In this document: positions 22,163 to 31,201 of the stretch, one piece after another
Position numbering within the stretch: position 1 is the stretch's first letter
How the letters are laid out: each line of letters starts with the position of its first letter
Notes under the pieces: generated by a model
Seen by the model: the letters and a program-made list of their open reading frames with translations, nothing else
Told to the model about the DNA's origin: nothing
The model's database searches: none
From: an uncultured Gemmatimonadales bacterium
GTDB lineage: Bacteria; Gemmatimonadota; Gemmatimonadetes; Longimicrobiales; RSA9
DNA: 64,000 nt
Assembly (NCBI GenBank): GCA_963708135.1
Contig: OY970192.1
Location: 4,256,001-4,320,000 of the forward strand
Direction of reading: 5' to 3'
Made by a program: the position numbers and the translations under genes

Positions 22163-22813
22163 GTGATGCGGCACCTCGAGGCGGGCGCCGCGGTGGCCGC
22201 GGCGCTCGCACTCCTTCTTGCGGCGGGCGGTGCCAGCGCCCAGCGCCTCTCGACGGGCGTCAAGGGCGGCTTCAACAGCTCGACCGTGGCCGGCCCCGAT
22301 GCGGCCGACGCCACCGCCGTCCAGGCCTTCTCGGGCGGCGCCTTCCTCACGCTCCGCGCGCGCCGCACGCTGGCCTTCCGCGCCGAGCTGCTCTACACCC
22401 GCCGGGGCGGCGCCTGGAGCCTGACCGAGAAGCGCAACCGCGTGCGCCTCGATTACATCGAGGTGCCGCTCCTGGCCAAGCTTTCCCTGCCCCTCGAGGG
22501 CGCCGCCGCGCAGCCCCACCTCCTCGCCGGGCCCGACCTGGCGCTTCGCGTCCGCTGCCGAATCGAGGCGCCTGAGCAGGGAATCCCCGGCGGCACCCCG
22601 TGCGAGGACGTGGACGGCGCTACATTCACCCGCTACGACGTCGGCGTCGCGATGGGCGGCGGCTTCGACTTCCTCTTCGGCCACACGCGCCTGACGCTCG
22701 ACGCCCGTTACGTGCGCGGCCTGACCCGCATGGTCCACGACGTCGCCCGCGACAGGATCCGCAGCCGCACCTTCACCGCCATGATGGGGGTCGCCCTGCC
22801 CCTCCTCCGCTGA
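22163..22813 (+). CDS. PorT-like outer-membrane beta-barrel, paralog
   Basis: GVKGGFN, DYIEVPLL, DARYVRG; similar to the upstream gene. Confidence 0.78.
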   Translation: MMRHLEAGAAVAAALALLLAAGGASAQRLSTGVKGGFNSSTVAGPDAADATAVQAFSGGAFLTLRARRTLAFRAELLYTRRGGAWSLTEKRNRVRLDYIEVPLLAKLSLPLEGAAAQPHLLAGPDLALRVRCRIEAPEQGIPGGTPCEDVDGATFTRYDVGVAMGGGFDFLFGHTRLTLDARYVRGLTRMVHDVARDRIRSRTFTAMMGVALPLLR

Positions 22814-22949
22814 GCGTCCCTTCCCGTTGAGACGGCCGGGCGGCGCAGCTTCCGTTTCCCGTCGAGACCGCCGAGCGGCGCACCGCTCGGTAGCTTCCGG
22901 TCCCGGGAACGCCCTCGCCCCCCCGGGCGCCGCGGCTTAGAATCCACCG

Positions 22950-24335
22950 ATGCGAATCCGGAGCACACTGTTCGGGTTGGGGATCGCCGCCCTCGCCGGC
23001 TGCGTGGGCGCGACGCCGAAGCCGGCGGAGCCTGGGCTCGGGCCCGCCGGCGTCGCACCCACCGTCCCCTCGCCCGGGCCGGCGGCCGACTCGCTGCGCA
23101 TCTACCTCATGACCTTCGGGCCGGGCAGCGACGTCTGGGAGAAGTTCGGCCACAGCGCCATCTGGGTGCACGACCCCGTGCGCGGCACCGACCAGGCGTA
23201 CAACTACGGCATGTTCGACTTCAGCCAGGCGCACTTCTTCCGCCGCTTCCTGCAGGGCGAGATGCTGTACTGGATGCAGGGGTTCGACGCCACGCTGTTC
23301 GCCGACCTCTACGTACGCGAGGACCGCTCCGTCTGGGTCCAGGAGCTCGCGCTCACGCCCGCGCAGCGGGAGGCGCTGCGCGAGTTCCTCGTCTGGAACG
23401 AGCGCCCCGGGCACCGCTTCTACCGCTACGACTACTACCGCGACGGCTGCGCCACCCGCGTCCGGGACGCCCTCGACCGCGTGCTCGGCGGCCGCATCTA
23501 CGCCGAGACCGACACCGTTCCGTCCGGCACCACCTACCGCTCCCACTCGCTCCAGCTGGTGGAGGACGACCCGTGGGTCTACACCGGCCTGCTGCTCGGC
23601 CTGGCCCAGCCCACCGACCGCCCGATCTCGGTCTGGGAGGAGATGTTCCTGCCGCTGAAGCTCCGGGACTCCATCCGCCGCGTAAGGGTGCGGGCGCCGG
23701 ACGGGCACCTCATCCCGCTCGTCGCCTCGGAGCGCACGTACTACGCGAGCACCCGTCCGCCCGAGCCGACACGGCCGCCCGAGCGCACGTGGATGTACCT
23801 GCTCATCGGGCTCCTCATCGGCGGCGCGCTGGCGCTGTTCGGGGAGCTGGTCCGGCGAGGCCGGATGGGGACCCCAGGCGACGTTGCCGCCGCCGAGCCC
23901 CCGTCCGACGCGGCCCGCGCGGCGCCGGGCGCGCTCCCCCGCGGCGCGCGCGCGGCGCGCCTGGCGCTCGCGCTGGGAGGCGTCGCATGGACGCTGCTCA
24001 CGGGGGTCCTCGGCCTCGTCCTCGTCCTGCTCTGGGCCGTCACCGCCCACGTCACCTCGTACCGCAACGAGAACGTGCTTCAGTTCGACGCGCTGGCGCT
24101 GGCGCTCGTGGCGCTCCTGCCCGCGGCCCTTTACGGCGCGCGCTGGACGGTGCGGCCCGCGCGCCTGATCGCGCTGCTCGTCGCCGCGCTGTCCGTGCTC
24201 GGCCTGCTGCTCAAGGCGACGCCGTGGTTCTTCCAGGTGAACGGGCCCATCCTCGCCCTCGCCGTGCCCGCCAACCTCGGGCTGGCGTGGGCGGTGTGGC
24301 GGGCCGTGCCGGCGGCCGTGGGCGAGAAGCGCTGA
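22950..24335 (+). CDS. DUF4105 (Lnb-like) lipoprotein with C-terminal TM helices
   Basis: Lipobox LAGC; FGHSAIWV, YNYGMFDF, YDYYRDGCATRVRD. Confidence 0.8.
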   Translation: MRIRSTLFGLGIAALAGCVGATPKPAEPGLGPAGVAPTVPSPGPAADSLRIYLMTFGPGSDVWEKFGHSAIWVHDPVRGTDQAYNYGMFDFSQAHFFRRFLQGEMLYWMQGFDATLFADLYVREDRSVWVQELALTPAQREALREFLVWNERPGHRFYRYDYYRDGCATRVRDALDRVLGGRIYAETDTVPSGTTYRSHSLQLVEDDPWVYTGLLLGLAQPTDRPISVWEEMFLPLKLRDSIRRVRVRAPDGHLIPLVASERTYYASTRPPEPTRPPERTWMYLLIGLLIGGALALFGELVRRGRMGTPGDVAAAEPPSDAARAAPGALPRGARAARLALALGGVAWTLLTGVLGLVLVLLWAVTAHVTSYRNENVLQFDALALALVALLPAALYGARWTVRPARLIALLVAALSVLGLLLKATPWFFQVNGPILALAVPANLGLAWAVWRAVPAAVGEKR

Positions 24336-24366
24336 CGGGGGAGGATAAGAAAAACGGGGCGGCATC

Positions 24367-25365
24367 TCACCGCCCCAGCAGGAACTCCAGCGGCTCGGCC
24401 ACGCGCACGCGCCACGACCGCTCCGAGTGGTCGGCGCCGGGGTAGACGCGCGTGATCCAGCTCTTCCCCTCCACGTAGCCGCGCGCCTTCATGGCCGCGT
24501 CCACACGGCGCTGGTACGGCGCGTAGAGGGAGTCCAGCGTGGCCGTGCCGTGGTCGAACCAGATTCGATGCGACGCCGGGTCCGGCAGCGCCCCGCGCAC
24601 CCAGCTCACCACCGCGCCGCCGGCCACCGGCCAGTGCGTCGACAGGCAGGCCGCTCCGCCGAACACGCGCGGGTACTCCGCCACCGCGTACAATGCGATC
24701 AGCCCGCCCATGCTCGAGCCCATGACGAACGTGTCGCCGGGCCCGGTGCGCGTCCGATAGGTGCGGTCGATGAACGGCTTCAGCTCCTCGACGATGAAGC
24801 GCAGGTAGGCGTCCGAGAGGATCGGCCCCTGGAACGGGGCGAGTCCCGGCACGCCCGACCCGATGTCCTTCTCCGAGGAGGCGGCCGTCTCCGGCGAGAT
24901 GGCCTTCTGCGGCGTGTATTCCTGGAACCGCTCGGGCGTGTTCCAGACCGCCACCACGATGGCCGGCCGCACCCGTCCCTCGGCGATCAGCCGCGTCATC
25001 GTCTCGTCCACGCCCCAGTCCACGCCCGTGTAGGACGTGGCCGGCGAGAACACGTTCTGCCCGTCCTGCGCGTACACCACCGGGTAGCGCGCCGCCGTGT
25101 CCCGCGCGTACCCCGGCGGCAGCCACACCTCCACGTTCCGCGAGGCGACGTACCGCGACGGAAAGGCCCCGTACCACCGCACCGTACCGGTGACGCCGAG
25201 CGGCGGGCCGGGTACGGGCGTGTCGGCCTGGGCGGCGAGCGGCCCGGCGGCGAGCAGCGTCGCGGCTGCGGCCGTCGCGGTCGCGGCGCACGCGAGGCGG
25301 AGAGCGAGCGGCTCGGCCCGCACCAAACGAGCAAATCGGCGCGGAGATGACGACGATTTCGACAT
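24367..25365 (-). CDS. Putative esterase, alpha/beta hydrolase
   Basis: VWLPPGY, DGQNVF, GSSMGG, HSERSW. Confidence 0.85.
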   Translation of the reverse strand: MSKSSSSPRRFARLVRAEPLALRLACAATATAAAATLLAAGPLAAQADTPVPGPPLGVTGTVRWYGAFPSRYVASRNVEVWLPPGYARDTAARYPVVYAQDGQNVFSPATSYTGVDWGVDETMTRLIAEGRVRPAIVVAVWNTPERFQEYTPQKAISPETAASSEKDIGSGVPGLAPFQGPILSDAYLRFIVEELKPFIDRTYRTRTGPGDTFVMGSSMGGLIALYAVAEYPRVFGGAACLSTHWPVAGGAVVSWVRGALPDPASHRIWFDHGTATLDSLYAPYQRRVDAAMKARGYVEGKSWITRVYPGADHSERSWRVRVAEPLEFLLGR

Positions 25366-25601
25366 CGTGTACGCTATGAGGATACAAGGTGCAGCGCGCT
25401 CGGCGCCGCCGCGAGTCATTGGCGCTTGTGTACGCCATGCGCACAGAATGCGTCGTTCGCGCTCCGGGCACCAGCGATGGGTCGATTTCGTCCGCGCCGA
25501 CGCGCCGCGCCCGGAACCGCGGCCCGCGCCGTGCGGCCGGCACGGCCCTGCAGGGCCCGGCGAGCTGCGGGACGCGTGACATCGACAGCGGAGGACGGCG
25601 A

Positions 25602-26417
25602 ATGAGCGGTGGAGTGGGCGGCAGGGTCGTGCTCGTCACCGGCGCCTCCTCCGGCATCGGCCGGGCCACCGCGCGCGCCTTCGCCGCCGCGGGCGCCCGC
25701 GTCCTCGGCACCAGCCGGCGCATGCTGCCGGACGCCGACGGCGTCGAGATGCTCCGCCTCGACGTGCGCTCGGACGCGTCCGTACGCGAGTGCGTCGCGG
25801 AGGCGCGCGCGCGCGCCGGCCGCATCGACGTGCTCGTGAACAACGCTGGCGTCGAGCATCTGGGGATGGCCGAGGAGACGTCGCTCGAGCAGGCGCACGA
25901 CCTCTTCGAGACCAACTTCTTCGGCGTCGTCCGCGTGACGAACGCCGTCCTGCCCGGAATGCGCGCGCGCCGCGCCGGCCGGATCGTGAACGTCGGCTCC
26001 GCCGCCGCCTGGGTCGGCGAGCCGGGCGAGGCGTTCTACGCCGCGTCCAAGCGCGCGCTGGCCGCCTACACCGAGGCGCTCCGCCACGAGGTCCGCCACC
26101 TCGGCATCGCCGTCTCCCTCGTCGAGCCCGGCGCCTTCCGCACCGGCGTGATGGACGCCGCCTCCACCGCCCGGGCCACGATCCCCGACTACGACCCGGT
26201 ACGCGACGCCGCGCTCCGCACCCTGCGCGGCGCCCTCGAGCGCGGCCGCGACCCCGCCGCCGTGGCGGAGCTCGTCGTCCGTGTCGCCGCCGCCCGCTCG
26301 CCGCGGCTGCGCTACGCCGCGGGCGGCGAGGCTCGCTGGCTGCCGTACCTGAGCGTGCTGCTGCCGCAGCGGCTTTTCGAGAGATTGGTGCGGCGGGGGT
26401 TCGGGCTGCCGGGGTGA
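25602..26417 (+). CDS. SDR family oxidoreductase
   Basis: TGASSGIG, NNAG, YAASK. Confidence 0.9.
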   Translation: MSGGVGGRVVLVTGASSGIGRATARAFAAAGARVLGTSRRMLPDADGVEMLRLDVRSDASVRECVAEARARAGRIDVLVNNAGVEHLGMAEETSLEQAHDLFETNFFGVVRVTNAVLPGMRARRAGRIVNVGSAAAWVGEPGEAFYAASKRALAAYTEALRHEVRHLGIAVSLVEPGAFRTGVMDAASTARATIPDYDPVRDAALRTLRGALERGRDPAAVAELVVRVAAARSPRLRYAAGGEARWLPYLSVLLPQRLFERLVRRGFGLPG

Positions 26418-26419
26418 GG

Positions 26420-26878
26420 CGGAGCATCTGAATAGCGGTATTCATCGACGAGGCCGGTGGCGATCAGGGTCTGCAGCAGATTGCCGCTGCCCCAGATGTG
26501 CAGCTCGGGTCCAGCCGCCGCCTTCAGCCGGCGCACCCCCTCGACGACGTCGCCGTCGATGGGCCGCGAGCCCTGCCAATCGAGCCGGTCGAGCGTGCGC
26601 GTGACGACGTATTTCGTCGCCCCGTTGAACGCCTTGCCGATGGCATTGTCACCGTGGCCCGGCCAGTAGCCGGCGAAGATCTCGTAGGTCCGGCGGCCCA
26701 GCAGCATGTCGAACTCGCCGGCCATGAGCTCGTCGATGACCCGGCCCAGGACGGCATCCCCGAACGACATGGCCCATCCGCCGTGGGTGAACCCGTCGCT
26801 CGGATCCTCCTCGGGGCCGCCCGGCGCCTGCATGACGCCGTCCACCGTGACCTGGGTGATGGCGATGAGCTTTCTCAC
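26420..26878 (-). pseudogene. Dihydrofolate reductase/RibD C-terminal family, 3' truncated
   Basis: VTVDGVMQAPGG, LGRRTYE, WGSGNL, GLVDEY; family similarity ends there and the frame runs antisense into the SDR gene. Confidence 0.7.
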
Positions 26879-27060
26879 GGTTCGTCTCCACGTCTCTGGT
26901 GTGATCTCGCCGGCACGGTTGCCGGCTTCCACAGCAGCGACGAACGGGCGCGGGGGATTTCGACAGGGTGGGCTCGAATCAGCCGCGGCGGCACCGGGAG
27001 GGGTCAAGCTCGCCGCCACCGTCTGCTTCGGCCTGGAGCCGGAGTGTGCTCAAGTCAAGC

Positions 27061-27897
27061 TCATTCCTGAAGCACCCCCCACGCCACCTCCGCCAGCACC
27101 GCCCCCGGCGCCCGGGGGTCCAGCTCGCCCTCGTCCTCGATCCCCCACAGCGCCGAGAGCATCCCCTGCGCGAACGCCCACTCCAGGATGCGACGCGCGT
27201 CCAGCCCGAGCCCCGCCGCGAGCGATTCCGCCCGTCGCACCACATGCCGCGCGTCCGACCAGAGCTCCGGCCGCCCCGGCGGATTGCGCAGCATCGTCGC
27301 CGCCTCGAACGGTCCTCCCCGACCACGCCCTTCGGGTCGATCGCCGTCCAGCCGTGCCGCGCGTCCCACAGCACGTTCGTGTGCTGCAGGTCCCCGTGCA
27401 GCAGCCGCACCCGCTCCTGGGTGGCGACGAGCCGGCGGAAGAGCGCCGCCGCCGCCGTGACCCGCGCGCGCTCGAGCGACGCGTCGCCCGACGCCAGCCA
27501 ACGCTCGAACGAGCGCCCCCACTCCTCGAGCGACGGCGCATCGAAGGCGACGGGCGCCGCCGCGCGCGTGCGCGCGAGAACGTCCACGAGCACCCCCGTC
27601 GCCTGCTCGTCGTCCCCGGCGAGGACCAGCTCCGTGAGCGGCCGCCCGGGCACGAGCCGCTCGAGCAGCGCCGCGCCCGGCGCCCGCGCGAGCACCCGCA
27701 CCATCCCCTCCCCGCCGAACGGCCGCCGAGCGCCACTCGTCGCTCCCCGGCCGCGCCACCTTGAGCACCACGGGGCGCCGGTCGAGGGTGCCGAAGGCGA
27801 CGAGGCCCGCCGGCGTCGCCCGCGTTTCCGCCAGCTCCACGGACCAGGCGGCGGCGTGGCGGGTGAGGCGGGCGAGGAGGTTGTGCACACCGCTCAC
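27061..27897 (-). pseudogene. APH(6)/hydroxyurea-resistance kinase-like gene with two frameshifts
   Basis: VVLKV..DEW in one frame; LLERL..HGDLQHTNVL..AIDPKG in a second; FEAATMLRNP back in the first (shifts at ~27720 and ~27320). Confidence 0.8.
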
Positions 27898-27915
27898 GCG
27901 TTCCGGCAGTGCCGG

Positions 27916-28773
27916 TCAGCTCACGCGCGCGACGTAGCTGCTGGGGCTCAACGCGAACCGCTCGTCGAGTGCCCCCGCCAGCGTGAACAGGCTCGGCTTT
28001 ACCTCGAATGAGTGGACGCGGTAGAGGTGATAGCGGACCCGCTCGCGTCGCGAGACATCCAGCTCGTTGGCCGAGACGTAGAACGGGGTGTACTCGCCGA
28101 ACCGCGTGGTCTTCACCTCGATGAGCCGCTCGCGGCTGTCCGGCTCGAACGAGAGGACATCGTAGCCGGCGCCATCGCCACGCTCGACCGATACGTGCGA
28201 TACCTGTGTCGCCAGGCGATCCCGCCCCGCGGCCGCGAGTCGGGCGCGCTCCAGATTCACGACGAACCGCTCGCCCGCCAGTCCGAGCGCGCGGTTCGCC
28301 GCCTCGAGCCGGATGTAGTCCACGGGAGCACGGACCCGGCCAGGAGCCGCTGGGCCTTGGTGCGTCGCCATCCCGGGACGCGTCGGCGGTGGGGCAACGA
28401 GTGCGGAAAGAATGTCGTTGACGCTCGGTACGCGAGGTGCTCGCTCGATCTCGTTCTCGATGAGCGCGCGCGTGACCGCCCGCGCCGCGAGTTGCTCGAG
28501 AACGACATCGCGAAGCAATCCCTGGTAGTTCCCCAGGGGCTTGTAGCCGCTGATGTAGGGGATGCGCTCCTCGATGAGAATGGCGCTGATGTTCTGGTGC
28601 TTGCGCTCCACGGCGCCGGGCGTCCGGCCCGCCAGGAGCGGCAGGAGCGCCCTCCGATGCGCGGCCTTGTTGAGCGGCGCTCCGCGCAAGCCGATCTCGA
28701 GCATGTCGAAGTAGGAGGCGACCGTCGCCTCCACCTCGGCTCTCGACCACGCCGCGCCACGTGATGCCGCCAT
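27916..28773 (-). CDS. DUF3883 (NOV C-terminal) putative PD-(D/E)xK nuclease
   Basis: GLAGERFV..ER, GDGAGYDVLSF, LIEVKTT, FYVSANE. Confidence 0.85.
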   Translation of the reverse strand: MAASRGAAWSRAEVEATVASYFDMLEIGLRGAPLNKAAHRRALLPLLAGRTPGAVERKHQNISAILIEERIPYISGYKPLGNYQGLLRDVVLEQLAARAVTRALIENEIERAPRVPSVNDILSALVAPPPTRPGMATHQGPAAPGRVRAPVDYIRLEAANRALGLAGERFVVNLERARLAAAGRDRLATQVSHVSVERGDGAGYDVLSFEPDSRERLIEVKTTRFGEYTPFYVSANELDVSRRERVRYHLYRVHSFEVKPSLFTLAGALDERFALSPSSYVARVS

Positions 28774-28790
28774 GCGTTCTCCGTACGGCT

Positions 28791-29396
28791 TCAGGTGTCC
28801 AGGGCCTTCCAGGCCCACGCCAGCATCACCGCGTTCCGCGCCGCCCGTGCGTCGAAGTGGTAGGGATCGTAGTCCTCGCCCGCCCACCTCCTGTAGCTCT
28901 CGTGCTCGGGGTGATCCGGGTCTCCCAGTGCCTCCTTGAGGTCCGCGAATCCGGGCGCGCCTCCCGCGTCCTCCGGAGGTGCGGCGTTGGCGCCGCCTTC
29001 CACCCACGGCAGCCACATGTCCTCTCGCCAGCGCCCGATCTTCTCGACGACCACGTCGTGTTCCCAACTGTCGCCGAAGTCGTACTCGTACGCGAAGCGA
29101 TCCCCTTTCTCCAACCCCAGCGATCCGATCGTGACCGTTCGGGCGTCCTCGTTCTCGGCGCCTTCGACGCCCGCATCCTCGAAGCGCCGCTCGCCGACGG
29201 TGAACACGTACAGGTGGTAGTCGCTCCATTGCATGAGGAGCTGGAAGATCCTGTGGAGCGCGTGGAGCGTCAGATCCGACTGGACCAGGACCCGGCGCCA
29301 GACCTCCGGCTCCGTTTCGCGCAGCGACAGGCGCAGCGTCAGCACGTGCCGCGCTCTCCCCCGCCTACGCGTTCGCGTTGTCGATGCCTCGTCCAC
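28791..29396 (-). CDS. Plasmid pRiA4b ORF-3 family protein
   Basis: VWRR, LH..Q..MQWSDYHLYVF, YEYDFGDSWEH, PPED.GG. Confidence 0.88.
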   Translation of the reverse strand: MDEASTTRTRRRGRARHVLTLRLSLRETEPEVWRRVLVQSDLTLHALHRIFQLLMQWSDYHLYVFTVGERRFEDAGVEGAENEDARTVTIGSLGLEKGDRFAYEYDFGDSWEHDVVVEKIGRWREDMWLPWVEGGANAAPPEDAGGAPGFADLKEALGDPDHPEHESYRRWAGEDYDPYHFDARAARNAVMLAWAWKALDT

Positions 29397-29653
29397 GGTA
29401 ACCTCTAATCAGCAGTGCAGATAGACCAGATAGACCGCGTCATCACGCCGCCCTGGAGAACCTTGGCCTCCGCCAGCGGCGCGAGCAGTCACAGGAGCGC
29501 TTTGAAGACGACGAACGATTGACCCGCGTACGCGCGGTCGGGCGTCCCCCGCCCTCGGATTCGGGGTCTTACGGCCACACTGTCTCCGCCAGCGCCGCCG
29601 CCCGCGCAGCACGGGCTCCGGCCGCGCCACAGCTCCGGCCCCAAACACCAGGG

Positions 29654-30823
29654 TCACCCGGGCGTCGCGGCCGCCATCTCGGCGAGCTCCCGCAGGGGGA
29701 CCGCGGTGGTGTCGCGGCCGACCGGGAACGTATCGTCGCCCGGATACACCGCATAGCGCCTTTCGGGGCGCAGGTCTTCGCATGCTTCGTAAAACCCCCG
29801 GGCGGGGCGCGGGTCGAGCGAGCGCTTGACCTCGACCGCCCATTTCCGCCCATCCGGCCAGACGAGCAGCAGGTCGATCTCCGCGCCGCCGCTGGTGCGG
29901 TAGAAGTGGCCCGTCGCCTCGGGAGCCGCCGACAGCAGGTTCTCGAGCACGAAGCCCTCCCAGCTCGCGCCCACCACCGGGTGCGCAAGCAGGCCATCGG
30001 CGGCACCGATCCCGAGGAGCGCGTGGAGGATGCCGCTGTCCCGCAGGTACACCCGCGGCGACTTCACCAGGCGCTTCCCGACGTTGGCGTGCCAGGGCGG
30101 GAGCCGGCGTACGAGCAGGAGGTCCACCAGCAGGTCCACGTAGCCACGGGCGGTGCGCGCGTCCACCCCGACGTTGCGTGCGAGCTGCGCGACGTTGAGC
30201 AGCCCGCCCTGATTGTGCGCCAGCATCACCCAGAAGCGGCGCAGCGTCTCGGCCGGCACGCGCGGCCCGAGCGCCGGGATGTCCCGCTCCAGGTACGTGC
30301 GGATGAAGTCCGCCCGCCACCGCTGGCTCCGGGCATCGCTCGCCGCCAGGTAGCTCTCCGGGAAGCCGCCCCGCACCCAGAGATCCTCGGGTGGCGACTC
30401 CTCGCCCACCTCCAGCACCGAGAACGGCGTCAACTCGAGGTGACTCGTCCGCCCGGCCAGGCTCTCCCCGGCCTGCCGGAGCAGCTCGAGCGAGGCCGAG
30501 CCGAGCAGGAGATAGAGCCCCTGCCTGTAAGCCTCGCGCCGCGCGCGGTCGATGAGCCCGCGCAACACCGGAAGGAGTCCCGGGACGCGCTGGATCTCGT
30601 CCAGGATCACCAGCCGCCCGAAGTGGGCGGGCAGGTACAGCTCGGGCTCGCTCAACCGGGCCCGCCCGCCCTCGGACTCGAGGTCCAGGTAGAGCGCGCC
30701 CCGTCGCTCTCCCTCGGCGAGCGCGAGCGTCGTCTTCCCCACCTGCCGCGGGCCGGTGAGCACGACGGCGGGCCCCTCGTCGAGGCGGCGGGCCAGTTCC
30801 GGCGCGAGGCGTCTCTCGATCAT
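29654..30823 (-). CDS. AAA_14 ATPase with DUF4143 domain
   Basis: GPRQVGKTT, LDEIQ, LLGSAS, RGGFP, KSPRVYLRDSG, EIDL..AVEVK. Confidence 0.9.
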   Translation of the reverse strand: MIERRLAPELARRLDEGPAVVLTGPRQVGKTTLALAEGERRGALYLDLESEGGRARLSEPELYLPAHFGRLVILDEIQRVPGLLPVLRGLIDRARREAYRQGLYLLLGSASLELLRQAGESLAGRTSHLELTPFSVLEVGEESPPEDLWVRGGFPESYLAASDARSQRWRADFIRTYLERDIPALGPRVPAETLRRFWVMLAHNQGGLLNVAQLARNVGVDARTARGYVDLLVDLLLVRRLPPWHANVGKRLVKSPRVYLRDSGILHALLGIGAADGLLAHPVVGASWEGFVLENLLSAAPEATGHFYRTSGGAEIDLLLVWPDGRKWAVEVKRSLDPRPARGFYEACEDLRPERRYAVYPGDDTFPVGRDTTAVPLRELAEMAAATPG

Positions 30824-30861
30824 CCTTGCAAATGATACATCGTGATGTAGGAATTGCAAGG
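30824..30861 (-). promoter_or_regulatory. Palindromic operator/promoter of the AAA_14 gene
   Basis: CCTTGCAA-4-TACATC-2-GATGTA-4-TTGCAAGG; minus strand reads TTGCAA-16-TATCAT just before the ATG. Confidence 0.55.
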
Positions 30862-30907
30862 TTAACGCGGCCAGCCGGGCCGAGATCCTCCGGACAGGTC
30901 GCCCCCG

Positions 30908-30960
30908 CCGTCGCCTTTTCCACGGCCAGGATCTCCGCCGGGATCTCCTCCAGCGTGCGC
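30908..30960 (-). pseudogene. Remnant of an hsdM 3' end
   Basis: Encodes RTLEEIPAEILAVEKAT versus RTLEEIRADILALEKET in hsdM at ~45050-45105. Confidence 0.7.
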
Positions 30961-31201
30961 GTGTCAGGTGACGGGAAGTTTGCGTATTCCGGCCGAATCC
31001 GTCCAGTGATTCCGGTCGAAGCCGGCCACCGATTCCGGACCATTCCGTCCACCCGTTCCGGAGCAATCCGTCCACCGATTCCGGGGATTCCGTCCTGCCA
31101 TTCCGGCGGAATCCGTCCACCCTTGGGGGAGCGAAGCCGACGCTGGATGACCTGAACCAGACCAGCCGCCACCTTGTGCGGGTCCTGAACCCGGAGGAGA
31201 G

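Noticed and set aside
26940..26985. GGGGGATTT..CAGGGTG..TCGA motif loosely shared with ~33795-33830, as a possible att or attC site
   Set aside because: Similarity is short and gapped; no integrase, tRNA or proper attC core could be identified.
30981..31125. Regular ~22-bp repeats resembling a CRISPR or iteron array (also 33545-33642)
   Set aside because: They are the subterminal repeats of the IS21 ends, mirrored at both termini inside the AAGTT duplication.
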